A DNA stretch of 64,000 bases, taken from an uncultured Verrucomicrobiae bacterium. GTDB taxonomy: Bacteria; Chlamydiota; Chlamydiia; Chlamydiales; Rhabdochlamydiaceae. Under the pieces are notes generated by a model. That model had not been told where the DNA came from. It was given only the letters and a program-made list of their open reading frames with translations, and did not search any database. The position numbers and the translations under genes were made by a program. The stretch lies in the NCBI GenBank assembly GCA_963718565.1, contig OY970364.1, positions 64,001 through 128,000 of the forward strand. Direction: 5' to 3'. Positions 51,930 to 62,194 of the stretch are shown one piece after another. Position 1 is the first letter of the stretch; the number at the start of each line of letters is the position of its first letter.

Positions 51930-53230
51930 CAGGGCCATTTAACTAAAATGTTTTGACATTTTCGAACAGAAAAATGTTGCCAAAATTCCCTTTAAGTACC
52001 CACCACCGAAAGTTGCTGCGCGCCTTACGGAGGCGAGCCCCCTTTCTGGATCTACAACTGCAGCCATGTTCATAGCCAAACGTCGAAACAACCCCATGTT
52101 CTCCGCACTATTCCCTCTATCCGTCAATGCATAATCCTCTTCAAAAATCACATCAGCTACCCAATGGCATTTGTTTTCTATGCTCCAGTGCTGTCGGGTC
52201 CATTTAGCAAAATCTTTGGCAGATGCTCGACGACTCGAAATATATAGCCGTCTAAATACCTCATTGGCAGTAGATCCAAGTTTTTGCCTCGTGGACCTTA
52301 CTTCGATGAGACAGACTAAGTTTTTCCATTTGCCCGCATTTGGCAACCAGTCCAGGTCCTCGACGACTCGTACTTCTCGAATGTCGATTCGACCATGGCC
52401 TTTATCTACTTCCTGGTGAAACGAATGGGGGACTTCCTCCCATTCGACTGCGTGAGCTTGATCAAAAAAATTCTCCATTTCAGCGCACAGCGTTGGCTGG
52501 TTGTCCTTAACAGCCAGCAGATAATCTGCCTTCGCATCAACGATTTGTTCTGCCGATTCGGCTACGGTGAAATGTGCATCTCCTGAAATAATCGCCCCCT
52601 CTACATTCACTTGCTCCAAAATGATTGGTAACGTGCTCTTTTCGACTGTTTTATTTGGGACCTTTTCCACGGCAAGACATAATCGATCCTCCGCTGCGAA
52701 TAGCTCCACTACGTGTGTGACACCGCCTAGGAAATTTGCGCCTTTCATCCGTTTACCATCGATCGCCAATAGCTGATCGCGCAATGAAGCAGGAATTTTG
52801 CTGAACCATTTTTGCAAGTAGTGCTTGAGCGCACCAGGGGGTGTTTTCACTAAAAACCACCAGAGCGCTCCATGGGAAGGTGCTGAGAGCTCCTCACCTA
52901 GCAGAGAAGAAAACCACTCCTCCTGCAGAGAAACATATTCAGCGATTTCCTCAATCGTATTGCATCCACAAAAGAATCCGCAGAGAATAACAAGAGTCAA
53001 ATACCAAACTGGATATAAGACACGTTTTTGATTACGTCGATAATCAGGGAAATCTGCAAACTCTCCCTTGACGGTTTCCGCGAATACACGGGCATCAAAA
53101 TTCTTACTAGCTTCTAGGATTGTGGCGTCGATTGGCTTACGGCGTGACATAATAGGTCCTCCAAATTTGAGGAATTTATTATGCCATCTTAGCTGATCTG
53201 GTATCAAAAATTTTTAGTTAAATGGCCCTG
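51930..53230 (-). mobile_element. ISAs1-family IS, copy 2 (1301 bp)
   Basis: Same TIRs and identical transposase translation as copy 1; TSD ggattgaggg at 51920-29 and 53231-40. Confidence 0.95.
51939..53150 (-). CDS. ISAs1-family transposase
   Basis: Translation identical to 23099-24310. Confidence 0.93.
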   Translation of the reverse strand: MSRRKPIDATILEASKNFDARVFAETVKGEFADFPDYRRNQKRVLYPVWYLTLVILCGFFCGCNTIEEIAEYVSLQEEWFSSLLGEELSAPSHGALWWFLVKTPPGALKHYLQKWFSKIPASLRDQLLAIDGKRMKGANFLGGVTHVVELFAAEDRLCLAVEKVPNKTVEKSTLPIILEQVNVEGAIISGDAHFTVAESAEQIVDAKADYLLAVKDNQPTLCAEMENFFDQAHAVEWEEVPHSFHQEVDKGHGRIDIREVRVVEDLDWLPNAGKWKNLVCLIEVRSTRQKLGSTANEVFRRLYISSRRASAKDFAKWTRQHWSIENKCHWVADVIFEEDYALTDRGNSAENMGLFRRLAMNMAAVVDPERGLASVRRAATFGGGYLKGILATFFCSKMSKHFS

Positions 53231-53418
53231 GGATTGAGGGAAATATTTATTATAACGCTAAAAAATCCGGATTAACTGAACCAATTTTATTGGATGATCC
53301 CGAATTTGGCAAACATCATATTCACAATTGTTTTGCTACGAAATATGTTAGTCCAGATGTGGTAGAGGCATTTCATACGACTCCTATAAAGCCACAATTA
53401 TTTCCTGCTATTACCCCA

Positions 53419-53495
53419 CTTCCAGCAAATTATGATCCTCTTCCAGCAAATTATGATCCTCATACAGAAGAAAATTATGATCCTCATACAGAAGA
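53419..53495 (+). repeat. Overlapping in-frame tandem repeats (21 bp x2, 24 bp x2)
   Basis: Encodes LPANYDP-LPANYDP-HTEE-NYDP-HTEE. Confidence 0.85.
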
Positions 53496-54719
53496 GCTGT
53501 CATTTTACTTACAATTGACACCGGACTTTTATCAGAGAGTTTGGAAAGTAGCGACAGAATTTTCCAGCGAAGAATATGAACCTTGGAAAAATGATCTCCA
53601 AAAGGATCCTAACTTCGGAGAAAAAATATTTAACCAATATCCAGAAATGGACATTGTATTAGTAGCCGCGGTAGAGGAAGCAATGTGGCAAACCATCAAG
53701 TTAATCCCTGAAGCTATCTTCAAAGGAGATTTTGAAAGGGCCAAGCTGGCTTACTCTATATTTGGCCTATTCCCGGTCTTTGGCCTAGTAGATAGAGAAT
53801 GGCAGTTTGCTAGCTCATTGATCGAAGAAAAGATCTGGGAAGTTTGGTCAAAAGAGATGGGACAGAAAACAGCCGATCTTGAATTTGGCAAACATTATCT
53901 TGAAAAATATTTCGAAGAAAAAAAAGATGATCCTATTATTAATGCGGCATTTGAGCTTTTCTTCAAAGAAAGCGGACTGAATCCGGAACCTAATCTCTCT
54001 CGTTATTATAATAAAGATGTAAAAGGTTTGTTCTATGAGATCAAAAACCCGGAAACAAAAGCAGTGTACGGCTACATCCTGGGAACGATTCATATGGCTC
54101 CTATTGAATTCAATAAAATTCGCTATTTGGTAATGGAAAAATTTTTTGCATGCAATGTTGTTTCCCCAGAATTCGACTTAGTAACTTCTGACAATTACGA
54201 GCGTGGTAAAGAGAAATACAAAGATCTAAAGCATAAAACAAAAGTAGGATTCCTAGATTTGGAATTGCTTTTTGCTGCCCATTCGAACAATAAAAAGGTT
54301 GTTTCTTTGGAAACTTTAGATACCCAACGTGCACTTGCAAATACACTTGCGGAAAAGAGTAAGGATCTTGCTGTTATCTTTAAATCTGATCAAGACACTT
54401 TGAGCGATATTGAAAAAGCTCAAAAGGCATTTCATTTGACGATGTGCACTATATGGGCATCCGGCAATGAAGCTCAAATGACTGAGTTTCTTAATGCCGT
54501 GACAGCACAGGCAGCTCTTCATGATGAAAAAATGTTAAAATTCTGGCAGGTATCGAAACAAAGAAATCTACAAATGGCAGATAAAATCCATTCTATGTTA
54601 CAGGATCCGCACCTTCTTCCTTTCTTCATGCCCGGAGCATCTCATTTACTGGATGATCCGATCGCAGGTGATGGAATTATTTCTCTTCTTTGAGAAAAGG
54701 GTTGGAGTATCAACCAAAT

Positions 54720-55019
54720 TTAATTTCCATGAATTAACACGCCAATAACGACAAGCAATGCTCCGATTACTGCAACTAAATTTGAAGCAATCAGGACTTT
54801 ATTTTTTAATAATACCCCATAAACTAACCAACTCGAAACAGAAATAAGTCCAAATAAAAAACCAATAATTGAAATGTCGTTTGCAGACTTTGTTAGAAAT
54901 ATCTTAACTCCCTGACTATAAAATAATAACTGGCCAAGAATTCCGACGACCAACATATATTTTTCGTAACGAATCAAAGCCTTGGGTTTTGATTGAGCTT
55001 CAATAGAATTCTTGTTCAT
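54720..55019 (-). CDS. SemiSWEET/PQ-loop family small transporter
   Basis: Three TM segments; Q..KI..TKSA.DIS and WLVYG motifs. Confidence 0.75.
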   Translation of the reverse strand: MNKNSIEAQSKPKALIRYEKYMLVVGILGQLLFYSQGVKIFLTKSANDISIIGFLFGLISVSSWLVYGVLLKNKVLIASNLVAVIGALLVVIGVLIHGN

Positions 55020-55467
55020 GGCTACCTTCCCAATTTTTTTTTACGTTCGTTTTTCTCAAAATATATCTAATGCTATAATAAATGGTTTATTTGATCTAGT
55101 GGGGGCAAGAGGATTGGTGAAAAAACCCGGCCCTTAAGGGCGGGGTCTCTGCCGGAGGACAGACCATTTCCGGCATACCAAGCAAGAATACCCAATAACA
55201 GCATAAAAAAATACTCATATATCGTCCTAGCATTGATAAGCTCTGAAATATTAAATTCAGAAGTCGAGGATTGCAAAAATGGCTGTAAAACGACTACTTC
55301 TTCTTGCCATGAGTCTCTTGACTATGTAGAGCATAAAGAGAATTGTGGAAATTGGAATTGTAAATGTTCTTGGGAAACCTGGGTAGCTATGAAAAGCGGT
55401 GAGTCATATACAGCTCCAATCAAAGAGACGGGCAAGCCAAAAACCAACTTTTAAATCACTTCCGGTA

Positions 55468-55638
55468 TATACCGCGCTCCGTTAGGTTTTGTGAATTTGG
55501 ACTGGCTGCGGCTTTGCCCAATCAATCCTCTTCCCCAGTCATAGTTTTCACTATGGCTTCGTCATTCGGACCGCAAGCTTCGATTGTGCTTTGCCTCGCT
55601 CTAGTCCAAATTCACAAAACCTTCCTGCGCGCGGTATA
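55468..55638. mobile_element. Family C MITE (TA-bounded, ~170 bp)
   Basis: tataccgcgc…aggttttgtgaatttggact / agtccaaattcacaaaacct…gcgcggtata. Confidence 0.8.
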
Positions 55639-56442
55639 CTAGCGAACGAGCGTGTCCCAATAATCCCGCATCTTTTTAGAGAGATGCTTTTTTACTGATT
55701 TCAAATTAATGTCAGATTGGGGGCCTTCTGTGTCTATAAATGCGAATTTCCCATGTTTTGTAAACGGAACATTGCGGGTCAAGTGGAGCACACTTCTACC
55801 CCCATAGCCATGCTTTATAATAGAATATAATTCATCTAGATGTTTGCGTTTAATGCCCTTCTTCCACATCTGTTCTGTTTCTTCATCACTGACAAGTGCC
55901 ATATCCGTTTCCACCAGAATAACAGACTGAGGGTTCAAGGAGCTGGAATAAGGATAAACGGGAAGAACAAACAACCATTTGTCCGGGACTGAAAAATAGC
56001 GAATGTTTTTGTGCTTAATCACCTTTCTTATCTTTTGTGCTTCAGCACAACGGCTTGCCAGCCATACCCAATGGGGGAGTTGATTACGAGAACGTTTTTC
56101 TGTGTCAAGGTGCAGTTTAAACACATAACCTGGAATCGCTGGATGCCGAGCAACGATAACAAAGCTATTAGGCAAGGGCGGAGCAATCACTTCGAATCCC
56201 GCATCGGCAAACGTTCTGTCATTTTCAAGAACCCTTGACTGTGAAAAAATGAAATCAAGAGTTGCCTTTATTGGATGCTCAAGTGGAATAAGATGATGAG
56301 CGATCTTTAAACGCATGGGGTTAGTCAGTAACGGATTATCATGAAAGTTTGGATAGTTCTCCGGTACATAGCCAATGACAGGAATGGCAAAACAATTCGC
56401 ACTTAAAATTAATAAGAGAAAAAATTTGCTGTAACGCTTCAT
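55639..56442 (-). CDS. Hypothetical exported protein with kinase-like motifs
   Basis: Signal-peptide-like N-terminus; YVFK, VPDKW and N…FAFIDTE. Confidence 0.6.
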   Translation of the reverse strand: MKRYSKFFLLLILSANCFAIPVIGYVPENYPNFHDNPLLTNPMRLKIAHHLIPLEHPIKATLDFIFSQSRVLENDRTFADAGFEVIAPPLPNSFVIVARHPAIPGYVFKLHLDTEKRSRNQLPHWVWLASRCAEAQKIRKVIKHKNIRYFSVPDKWLFVLPVYPYSSSLNPQSVILVETDMALVSDEETEQMWKKGIKRKHLDELYSIIKHGYGGRSVLHLTRNVPFTKHGKFAFIDTEGPQSDINLKSVKKHLSKKMRDYWDTLVR

Positions 56443-56673
56443 TAAAACGCTTGAGGGTAAGACGTGCTTTCGGTGTTGATTTGTAAAGAAAATATAAATT
56501 TAATTCAAGGATTTGTGTAGCCAGAAATTTGGAGTTCAGACTTTTCTCTCGAATATTTCCCTGCGAAAATTTCAATAAGCTTTGCCATTTATTAAGATTT
56601 TTTATATGCGTATACAAAAGTTGCGCACGGCTTATAGCCATCGCAACGCGTTAATTTTTTATAAAAATAAGGA

Positions 56674-58275
56674 ATGGATATGAAAACTAAAAATTATTCA
56701 AAAACTTTAGACATGCATGATTATAACATAGTTCCTGAGATGAATTTTATTAATCATATTAAGGGTAAATTTAGTGGAACCTTTCGGGCTTGTCATGAGC
56801 ACCGCAACTGGGAGTATGGCTTATGCTTAAATGCTCTTAGGGCAAACGGAGCTTTAAAAATTCTGGAAATCGGCGGCACTGGTTCTGTTTTCGCAGCTAG
56901 TGCTGCAGCGTTAGGGATGGAAGTTACAGTGGTTGATCCTGATGGGGAAGGAGCTGGCTTATTTGATCGACAAAACCTGCTGCTGGGTCGTTCAGCTATT
57001 GACTTTAAACAGTTAGACTTTTTTCAGTATTACACTCTGAAAAAATTTGATGCGGTTGTCTGTATTAGCACTCTAGAACATGTGCCCGATGATGAAAATT
57101 TTTTCAGACGGCTTTTGGGACTGATCAAAGAAGGAGGCTTGTTGTATTTGACTATGGACTTTCATCCCAGCGGGCAAAGATTTGTCGATGGCCATCTTCG
57201 GACCTATCACCAAGAGCAGCTGTTGGCTTTGATTGCTATAGCACGAGAATATGGGTTTGAGCCTTATGGAGGGATTCCAGATTACTCATGGAGAGGAGAA
57301 GCTGTCGGTCAGTATACTTTTGCATCCCTTGTCCTGCAAAGAAAGAAAAGGCAAGAAACTCCTGTGGTTTTGTTCATCAATCACAAAGCAGAGCAGTGCG
57401 GCGTATACCAATATGGAAAAAGAGCAGCTAATATCTTAAAACGCTCTCAAAAATGTCGTTTTGTCTATGTCGAAGTAGATTCAGCAGAAGAGTATTGGCA
57501 AAAACTTTCCCAATATCGACCAAGCGGAATCATTTATAATTATCATCCTTTCACGATGAAATGGATAGACTCTATGATTCTTGCCCACAATCGCAAGAAG
57601 GGTATTTTTAATCTTGCTTTGTTTCACGATCTTTCCGTTGGCAGTTTTGATTGTTATATTAACCTTGATCCCGATTTTCCTGAAAATTCGATTTGTTTTT
57701 CGACTCCACGTCCTTTATTTGACTACGAGAACACACATGTCAATCCCCAAATCCCGGTCATCAACTGTTTCGGACTCAATTGGCAAGGTAAACAGCATCC
57801 AGAACTAGCGCGGTTAGTGAATCATGAATTTGATCATGCAGTTTTGAATTTTCATCTTCCAATGAGTCCTTTCGGTTTTAGCAAAGACAAGATTGAAGAG
57901 ACCGTCAATGCTTGCCGCAGCGCGATCACAAAGAAGGGCATTCAAGTCAATTTTACGCATCATTTTATGTCTGAAGAGGAACTGCTCGATTTCTTGGGAA
58001 AAGGCAGCTTGAATGCTTTCCTCTACGATGAACTGAATGGACATGGATGTGCGAGCACCATCGATTATGCATTATCAGTAAAGAGGCCGATTGCAATCAA
58101 CAAGAGCTTTATGTTTAGACATATTCGCGATGCAAAACCTAGCATTTGCATTGAGGATCGGAGCTTAAAAGAGATCATGGCGGCAGGTTTTGCTCCTTTG
58201 GAACCTTATTATGAAAAATGGAAATCAGATCGGTTTTTGCAATCTTACGAAAACGTGGTGGAAACTCTTTTGTAA
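56674..58275 (+). CDS. Class I SAM methyltransferase fused to a glycosyltransferase-like domain
   Basis: LEIGG and FDAVVCISTLEHV; C-terminal half has CGVYQYG and IDYALSVKRPIAI. Confidence 0.7.
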   Translation: MDMKTKNYSKTLDMHDYNIVPEMNFINHIKGKFSGTFRACHEHRNWEYGLCLNALRANGALKILEIGGTGSVFAASAAALGMEVTVVDPDGEGAGLFDRQNLLLGRSAIDFKQLDFFQYYTLKKFDAVVCISTLEHVPDDENFFRRLLGLIKEGGLLYLTMDFHPSGQRFVDGHLRTYHQEQLLALIAIAREYGFEPYGGIPDYSWRGEAVGQYTFASLVLQRKKRQETPVVLFINHKAEQCGVYQYGKRAANILKRSQKCRFVYVEVDSAEEYWQKLSQYRPSGIIYNYHPFTMKWIDSMILAHNRKKGIFNLALFHDLSVGSFDCYINLDPDFPENSICFSTPRPLFDYENTHVNPQIPVINCFGLNWQGKQHPELARLVNHEFDHAVLNFHLPMSPFGFSKDKIEETVNACRSAITKKGIQVNFTHHFMSEEELLDFLGKGSLNAFLYDELNGHGCASTIDYALSVKRPIAINKSFMFRHIRDAKPSICIEDRSLKEIMAAGFAPLEPYYEKWKSDRFLQSYENVVETLL

Positions 58276-58284
58276 CCTGAATAT

Positions 58285-59112
58285 ATGAAAGCCAGAACTA
58301 AAAATAAAAAAAATGGAAACTTATTTATGAATCTACATAAAAAAAATCATACGTTTTGTTCTAACAGTGTTGATGGTTCGCAAGAATTAGAATATTACAT
58401 CAATACATTCCCACAAGAAGAGTACATTGTTTGCGAAGTTCCAAAGCAAGGTAAATTTTACGTCGAACCCCGCAGAAAAGATCACGTGAAAGACATTTTG
58501 AAAACTGGACAGGCTTGGGAACCTCATATTCTTGAGAAAATTGAGCAATATGTTAAGCCTGGCACAATAGTACTTGATATAGGCGCCCATATCGGCACAT
58601 TTACAATCCCATTGGCAAAAGCAGTAGGAGAAAGTGGAACGGTATATGCTTTTGAGCCGCAACGCAAAATTTTTAGAGAACTCATAAAAAACTGCGCATT
58701 AAATGGCTTTCAGAATGTCATTTGTCAGCGTCTTGCTATTGGTGATCAACACCAAGTGATTGAAATGGATAAAGAGACATATCCTGGAAGTGAGGGCAGT
58801 ACAGGTATTGGCTATGGTGGAGATGCGGCTGAAATGAGAACCATTGATAGCTTTGGTTTTAAAAATGTGTCATTTGTAAAAATTGATGTAGAACGCTCAG
58901 AAAACCAGGTCCTCGATGGAATGGTTCTTACCATCCAGAACAATAAACCAATTATCATTATTGAACTGCAAGGTGGTTATTGTTGGGAAACTGCTCCAAC
59001 ACATATCAGACAAAAAATGCAAGATTCCATCGACAAACTGACCACATTAGGATATGTAGTTACACGACTTTATCTACATGACTTTTTAGCCATGCCAGCA
59101 GGTATTCATTAG
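58285..59112 (+). CDS. FkbM-family methyltransferase
   Basis: Motifs LDIGAHIG, YAFEPQ and KIDVE. Confidence 0.88.
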   Translation: MKARTKNKKNGNLFMNLHKKNHTFCSNSVDGSQELEYYINTFPQEEYIVCEVPKQGKFYVEPRRKDHVKDILKTGQAWEPHILEKIEQYVKPGTIVLDIGAHIGTFTIPLAKAVGESGTVYAFEPQRKIFRELIKNCALNGFQNVICQRLAIGDQHQVIEMDKETYPGSEGSTGIGYGGDAAEMRTIDSFGFKNVSFVKIDVERSENQVLDGMVLTIQNNKPIIIIELQGGYCWETAPTHIRQKMQDSIDKLTTLGYVVTRLYLHDFLAMPAGIH

Positions 59113-59207
59113 ACGCATTTGATTTACACCCAGTCAAATACAGAAGATTTATTTAAGTATAAAGATTATTATTTCGGTACTCATTGAATGGACTTTAAAT
59201 ACGCATT

Positions 59208-59441
59208 TTGCAGATGTCTTACCTGGAGTCACTGAAGTTGTTTGGGAAAAGCAGCGCATCATCGGTTATGGCATCGGCCCCTTTAGCTCAAGGCGGGGTT
59301 GTCGATTCGAGCGGTAGAGTTTATGGAGTGAATCACCTGATCGTTGCAGACAATTCCATCGTTCCCTCTCCTATCGATGGAAGCCCTATGACATCGGCTT
59401 ACCTGATTGCTGCTAACATTGCTCGCATTTTAGGGTATTGA
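59208..59441 (+). pseudogene. GMC oxidoreductase C-terminal remnant
   Basis: GVVD..GRVYGV..L.VAD.SI.P motif only. Confidence 0.65.
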
Positions 59442-60425
59442 AGAGATTTCCAAAACGGCAGCCCCTTGAATCTTACTGTTCTTGAAGTCATCCAAGGCTT
59501 CATTCGCTTTTTCCAGAGGATAAGTAGTCACTGAGGTGTGAATAGGATGCTTTGCTAGGACCGCAAAAAACTCTTTTGCATCATTGCGAGTTAAATTGGC
59601 AACGGATTGAAGCACTTTTTCTCCCCAAAGGAGACTATAAGGAAAAGAGGGGATATCACTCATATGAATGCCCCCGCAAATACAGCGCCCACCTTTTTTT
59701 AAGGCTTGGAGTGCAATAGGGACGAGTTCACCCACTGGAGCAAAGACAATAGCTGCGTCGAGAAGAACGGGGGGAGGCGTTTTGGAACTGCCAGCCCAAA
59801 CAGCTCCTAATTGTTTTGCAAATTCTTGCCCTGGTGTATCTCCTTCACGAGTAAAAGCGTAGACTTCTTTACTCTCGTGGACTGCTATTTGGATGATGAT
59901 ATGAGCGGCCACTCCAAATCCATAGAGGCCCAATGTTTTTTTAGGAGCAGCCTTGCGATAAGCGCGGAATCCGATCAAACCTGCGCAGATGAGAGGAGCC
60001 ATATGCGGATCGCTAATTCCTGGAGGAAGGGGAATAGCAAAATCTGCTTTACAGGTAGTGTATTCTGCATATCCCCCATCCACTTGATAACCTGTAAAGT
60101 GAGCATTGTCGCATAAATTTTCCTGCCCTTGTTTGCAATATTCGCAATGATCACAGCTTTTCCCAAGCCAGGGCACTCCGACGCGATCTCCCGTCTTAAA
60201 TCCTTTGACATTCTTGCCGATCTCCGCAACTTCTCCGACAATTTCGTGGCCTAAAATCAGGGGGAGTTTTGGATGGGGAAGATCGCCCTCTTTGAGGTGT
60301 AAATCGGTGCGGCAAACTCCGCAAACCTTGACTTTGATGAGGAGTTCATCTTCTTTAGGTTTTGGTTTTAAAACATCTTCTTGAACAAGCGGTTTTTTCT
60401 GTTCTTTGAGGAGCATTGCGCGCAT
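59430..60425 (-). CDS. Zinc-dependent alcohol dehydrogenase family protein
   Basis: Motifs CGVCRTDLH, GHEIVG, C..C..C…C and GGYAEY. Confidence 0.92.
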   Translation of the reverse strand: MRAMLLKEQKKPLVQEDVLKPKPKEDELLIKVKVCGVCRTDLHLKEGDLPHPKLPLILGHEIVGEVAEIGKNVKGFKTGDRVGVPWLGKSCDHCEYCKQGQENLCDNAHFTGYQVDGGYAEYTTCKADFAIPLPPGISDPHMAPLICAGLIGFRAYRKAAPKKTLGLYGFGVAAHIIIQIAVHESKEVYAFTREGDTPGQEFAKQLGAVWAGSSKTPPPVLLDAAIVFAPVGELVPIALQALKKGGRCICGGIHMSDIPSFPYSLLWGEKVLQSVANLTRNDAKEFFAVLAKHPIHTSVTTYPLEKANEALDDFKNSKIQGAAVLEISSIP

Positions 60426-60558
60426 GGATATGTATTCCTCCGATATATATCACTCTGTTTATATTAAAATTTGGTTTCCTTACCATAGTGAAAATTGGCT
60501 TCCATTGCTCTTAGTTGATGGGGTATCATAAATACGAACAATCAACGATTTAAAAAAT

Positions 60559-62157
60559 ATGAATGATCCATCTTCTATCCGAGAAGCTGTTGCAAAACGG
60601 CGCACTTTTGCCATTATCAGCCACCCGGATGCCGGAAAAACAACGCTGACGGAAAAACTTCTGCTCTATTCTGGAATGATCCATACTGCCGGAATGGTCA
60701 AAGGACGAAAGGGGAGAAAAGCAGCTGCCTCAGATTGGATGGCCATGGAGCAGGAAAGGGGGATCTCGATCACCTCGTCTGCAATGCAGTTCACTTACAA
60801 AGATACGGTTATCAATGTTTTGGACACACCTGGCCACGAAGACTTTTCTGAAGACACCTATCGGACCTTGACTGCCGCTGATTGTGCGATCATGGTGATC
60901 GATGCTTCCAAAGGCGTAGAAAAACAGACCCGAAAACTATTTGAAGTTTGTCGCTTGAGGAAAATTCCAGTCATGACGTTCATCAATAAGATGGATATGC
61001 CCGGGCGCGATCCCCTCGAGCTCATGAATGAAGTGGAAAATGTTCTAAACATTCATTCTTATGCAATGAACTGGCCTTTGGGAACAGGCAAAGAGTTCCA
61101 GGGAATTGTGGATCGAGCAAGCCAAGAGTGTATTTTTTTTACCAAGACCTCCATCGGCGGCGCTCAAAAAGCAGAGATGACGCGGCTTCCTTTAAAAAGT
61201 CAGGAAGTTAAAAATCGGATCGGTGAGGAGAGGTACAACAAATTATTGGAAGAATTGGATCTATTGGAAATGGCGGGAAACCCTTTTTCCAAGGATGCAT
61301 TTCTTTTTGGTGAAGTCACCCCCGTTTTCTTTGCATCAGCCCTTACAAATTTTGGAGTCGAGCCTTTTTTTGACGCGTTTATTCACTTAGCACCATGTCC
61401 ACATGTAAGGTCAGCGATTTTATCCGATGGGGCGGAAATCGAAATCGATCCAGTGACGACGCCTTTTAGCGGATATGTTTTCAAGCTTCAAGCAAATATG
61501 GACCGGCGCCATCGCGACAGCATGGCCTTTATCCGAATCTGTTCAGGATGTTTTGAACGCGATCTCGTTGTTAAGAACCATCGCTCCGGCCGAGAAATCC
61601 GATTATCGCGTCCTCATGGAATGGTGGCAGGCGAACGGACGACATTGGACTATGCTTATCCTGGGGATGTGATCGGCGTGATCAATCCTTCTTTATTTGC
61701 CATCGGCGATACGCTCTCACTTTTAGGTGGATTCAATTTTAAGCCGCTCCCTCAATTTCAGCCTGAGATTTTTGCACGACTTCATCCTAAGGACGTCGGT
61801 AAACGAAAGTCCTTCGATAAAGGCATTTTACAACTGAGTGATGAGGGCGCGATTCAATTGCTCAAATCTTACGAGCGAGAAGGGGAACTTATTTTTGCAG
61901 CTGTTGGGCAATTGCAGTTTGAGGTGATGCAATACCGCTTGAAAGACGAATATGGTGTGGAGACGGTTCTCTCTCCTCTTCCTTTCCAATGCAGTGCCTG
62001 GATTTTAGGAGATATCAAAACGTTTAACAAATCGACAAGCTCGATGCTTGTCCAAGATCGGCAAGGAAGGCCAATGGCCTTGTTTACAAGCCAGTGGGAA
62101 AAACAATATAGCATTAGAGAAAATCCGCAATTGCAATTTGTCGATGTCCTTGTTTAG
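60559..62157 (+). CDS. prfC: Peptide chain release factor 3
   Basis: Motifs RRTFAIISHPDAGKTTLTEKLL, DTPGHEDFSEDTYR and VGQLQFEV. Confidence 0.97.
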   Translation: MNDPSSIREAVAKRRTFAIISHPDAGKTTLTEKLLLYSGMIHTAGMVKGRKGRKAAASDWMAMEQERGISITSSAMQFTYKDTVINVLDTPGHEDFSEDTYRTLTAADCAIMVIDASKGVEKQTRKLFEVCRLRKIPVMTFINKMDMPGRDPLELMNEVENVLNIHSYAMNWPLGTGKEFQGIVDRASQECIFFTKTSIGGAQKAEMTRLPLKSQEVKNRIGEERYNKLLEELDLLEMAGNPFSKDAFLFGEVTPVFFASALTNFGVEPFFDAFIHLAPCPHVRSAILSDGAEIEIDPVTTPFSGYVFKLQANMDRRHRDSMAFIRICSGCFERDLVVKNHRSGREIRLSRPHGMVAGERTTLDYAYPGDVIGVINPSLFAIGDTLSLLGGFNFKPLPQFQPEIFARLHPKDVGKRKSFDKGILQLSDEGAIQLLKSYEREGELIFAAVGQLQFEVMQYRLKDEYGVETVLSPLPFQCSAWILGDIKTFNKSTSSMLVQDRQGRPMALFTSQWEKQYSIRENPQLQFVDVLV

Positions 62158-62194
62158 AATGGCGTAATCATTGGGATAATTTTAAGGTGTCACC

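Larger units (their letters stand above)
51457..54723 (+). pseudogene. Repeat-containing putative effector with a C-terminal TraB/GumN (TIKI-like) domain, split by ISAs1
   Basis: Halves rejoin in frame (…DRIEG-NIYY…DDPEFG). Motifs GYILGTIH, LET..Q, RN..M and GASHL; probable nonsense TGA at 54691. Confidence 0.78.

Noticed and set aside
23090..53230. Two ISAs1 copies as a 30-kb composite transposon
   Set aside because: Each copy has its own matching 10-bp TSD, so they are independent insertions, and the interval holds core genes and tRNAs.
53419..53495. Short direct repeats as a CRISPR array
   Set aside because: They are in-frame coding repeats without unique spacers. No repeat-spacer array or cas gene was seen in the window, and the RuvC protein is IS607-linked TnpB rather than Cas12.
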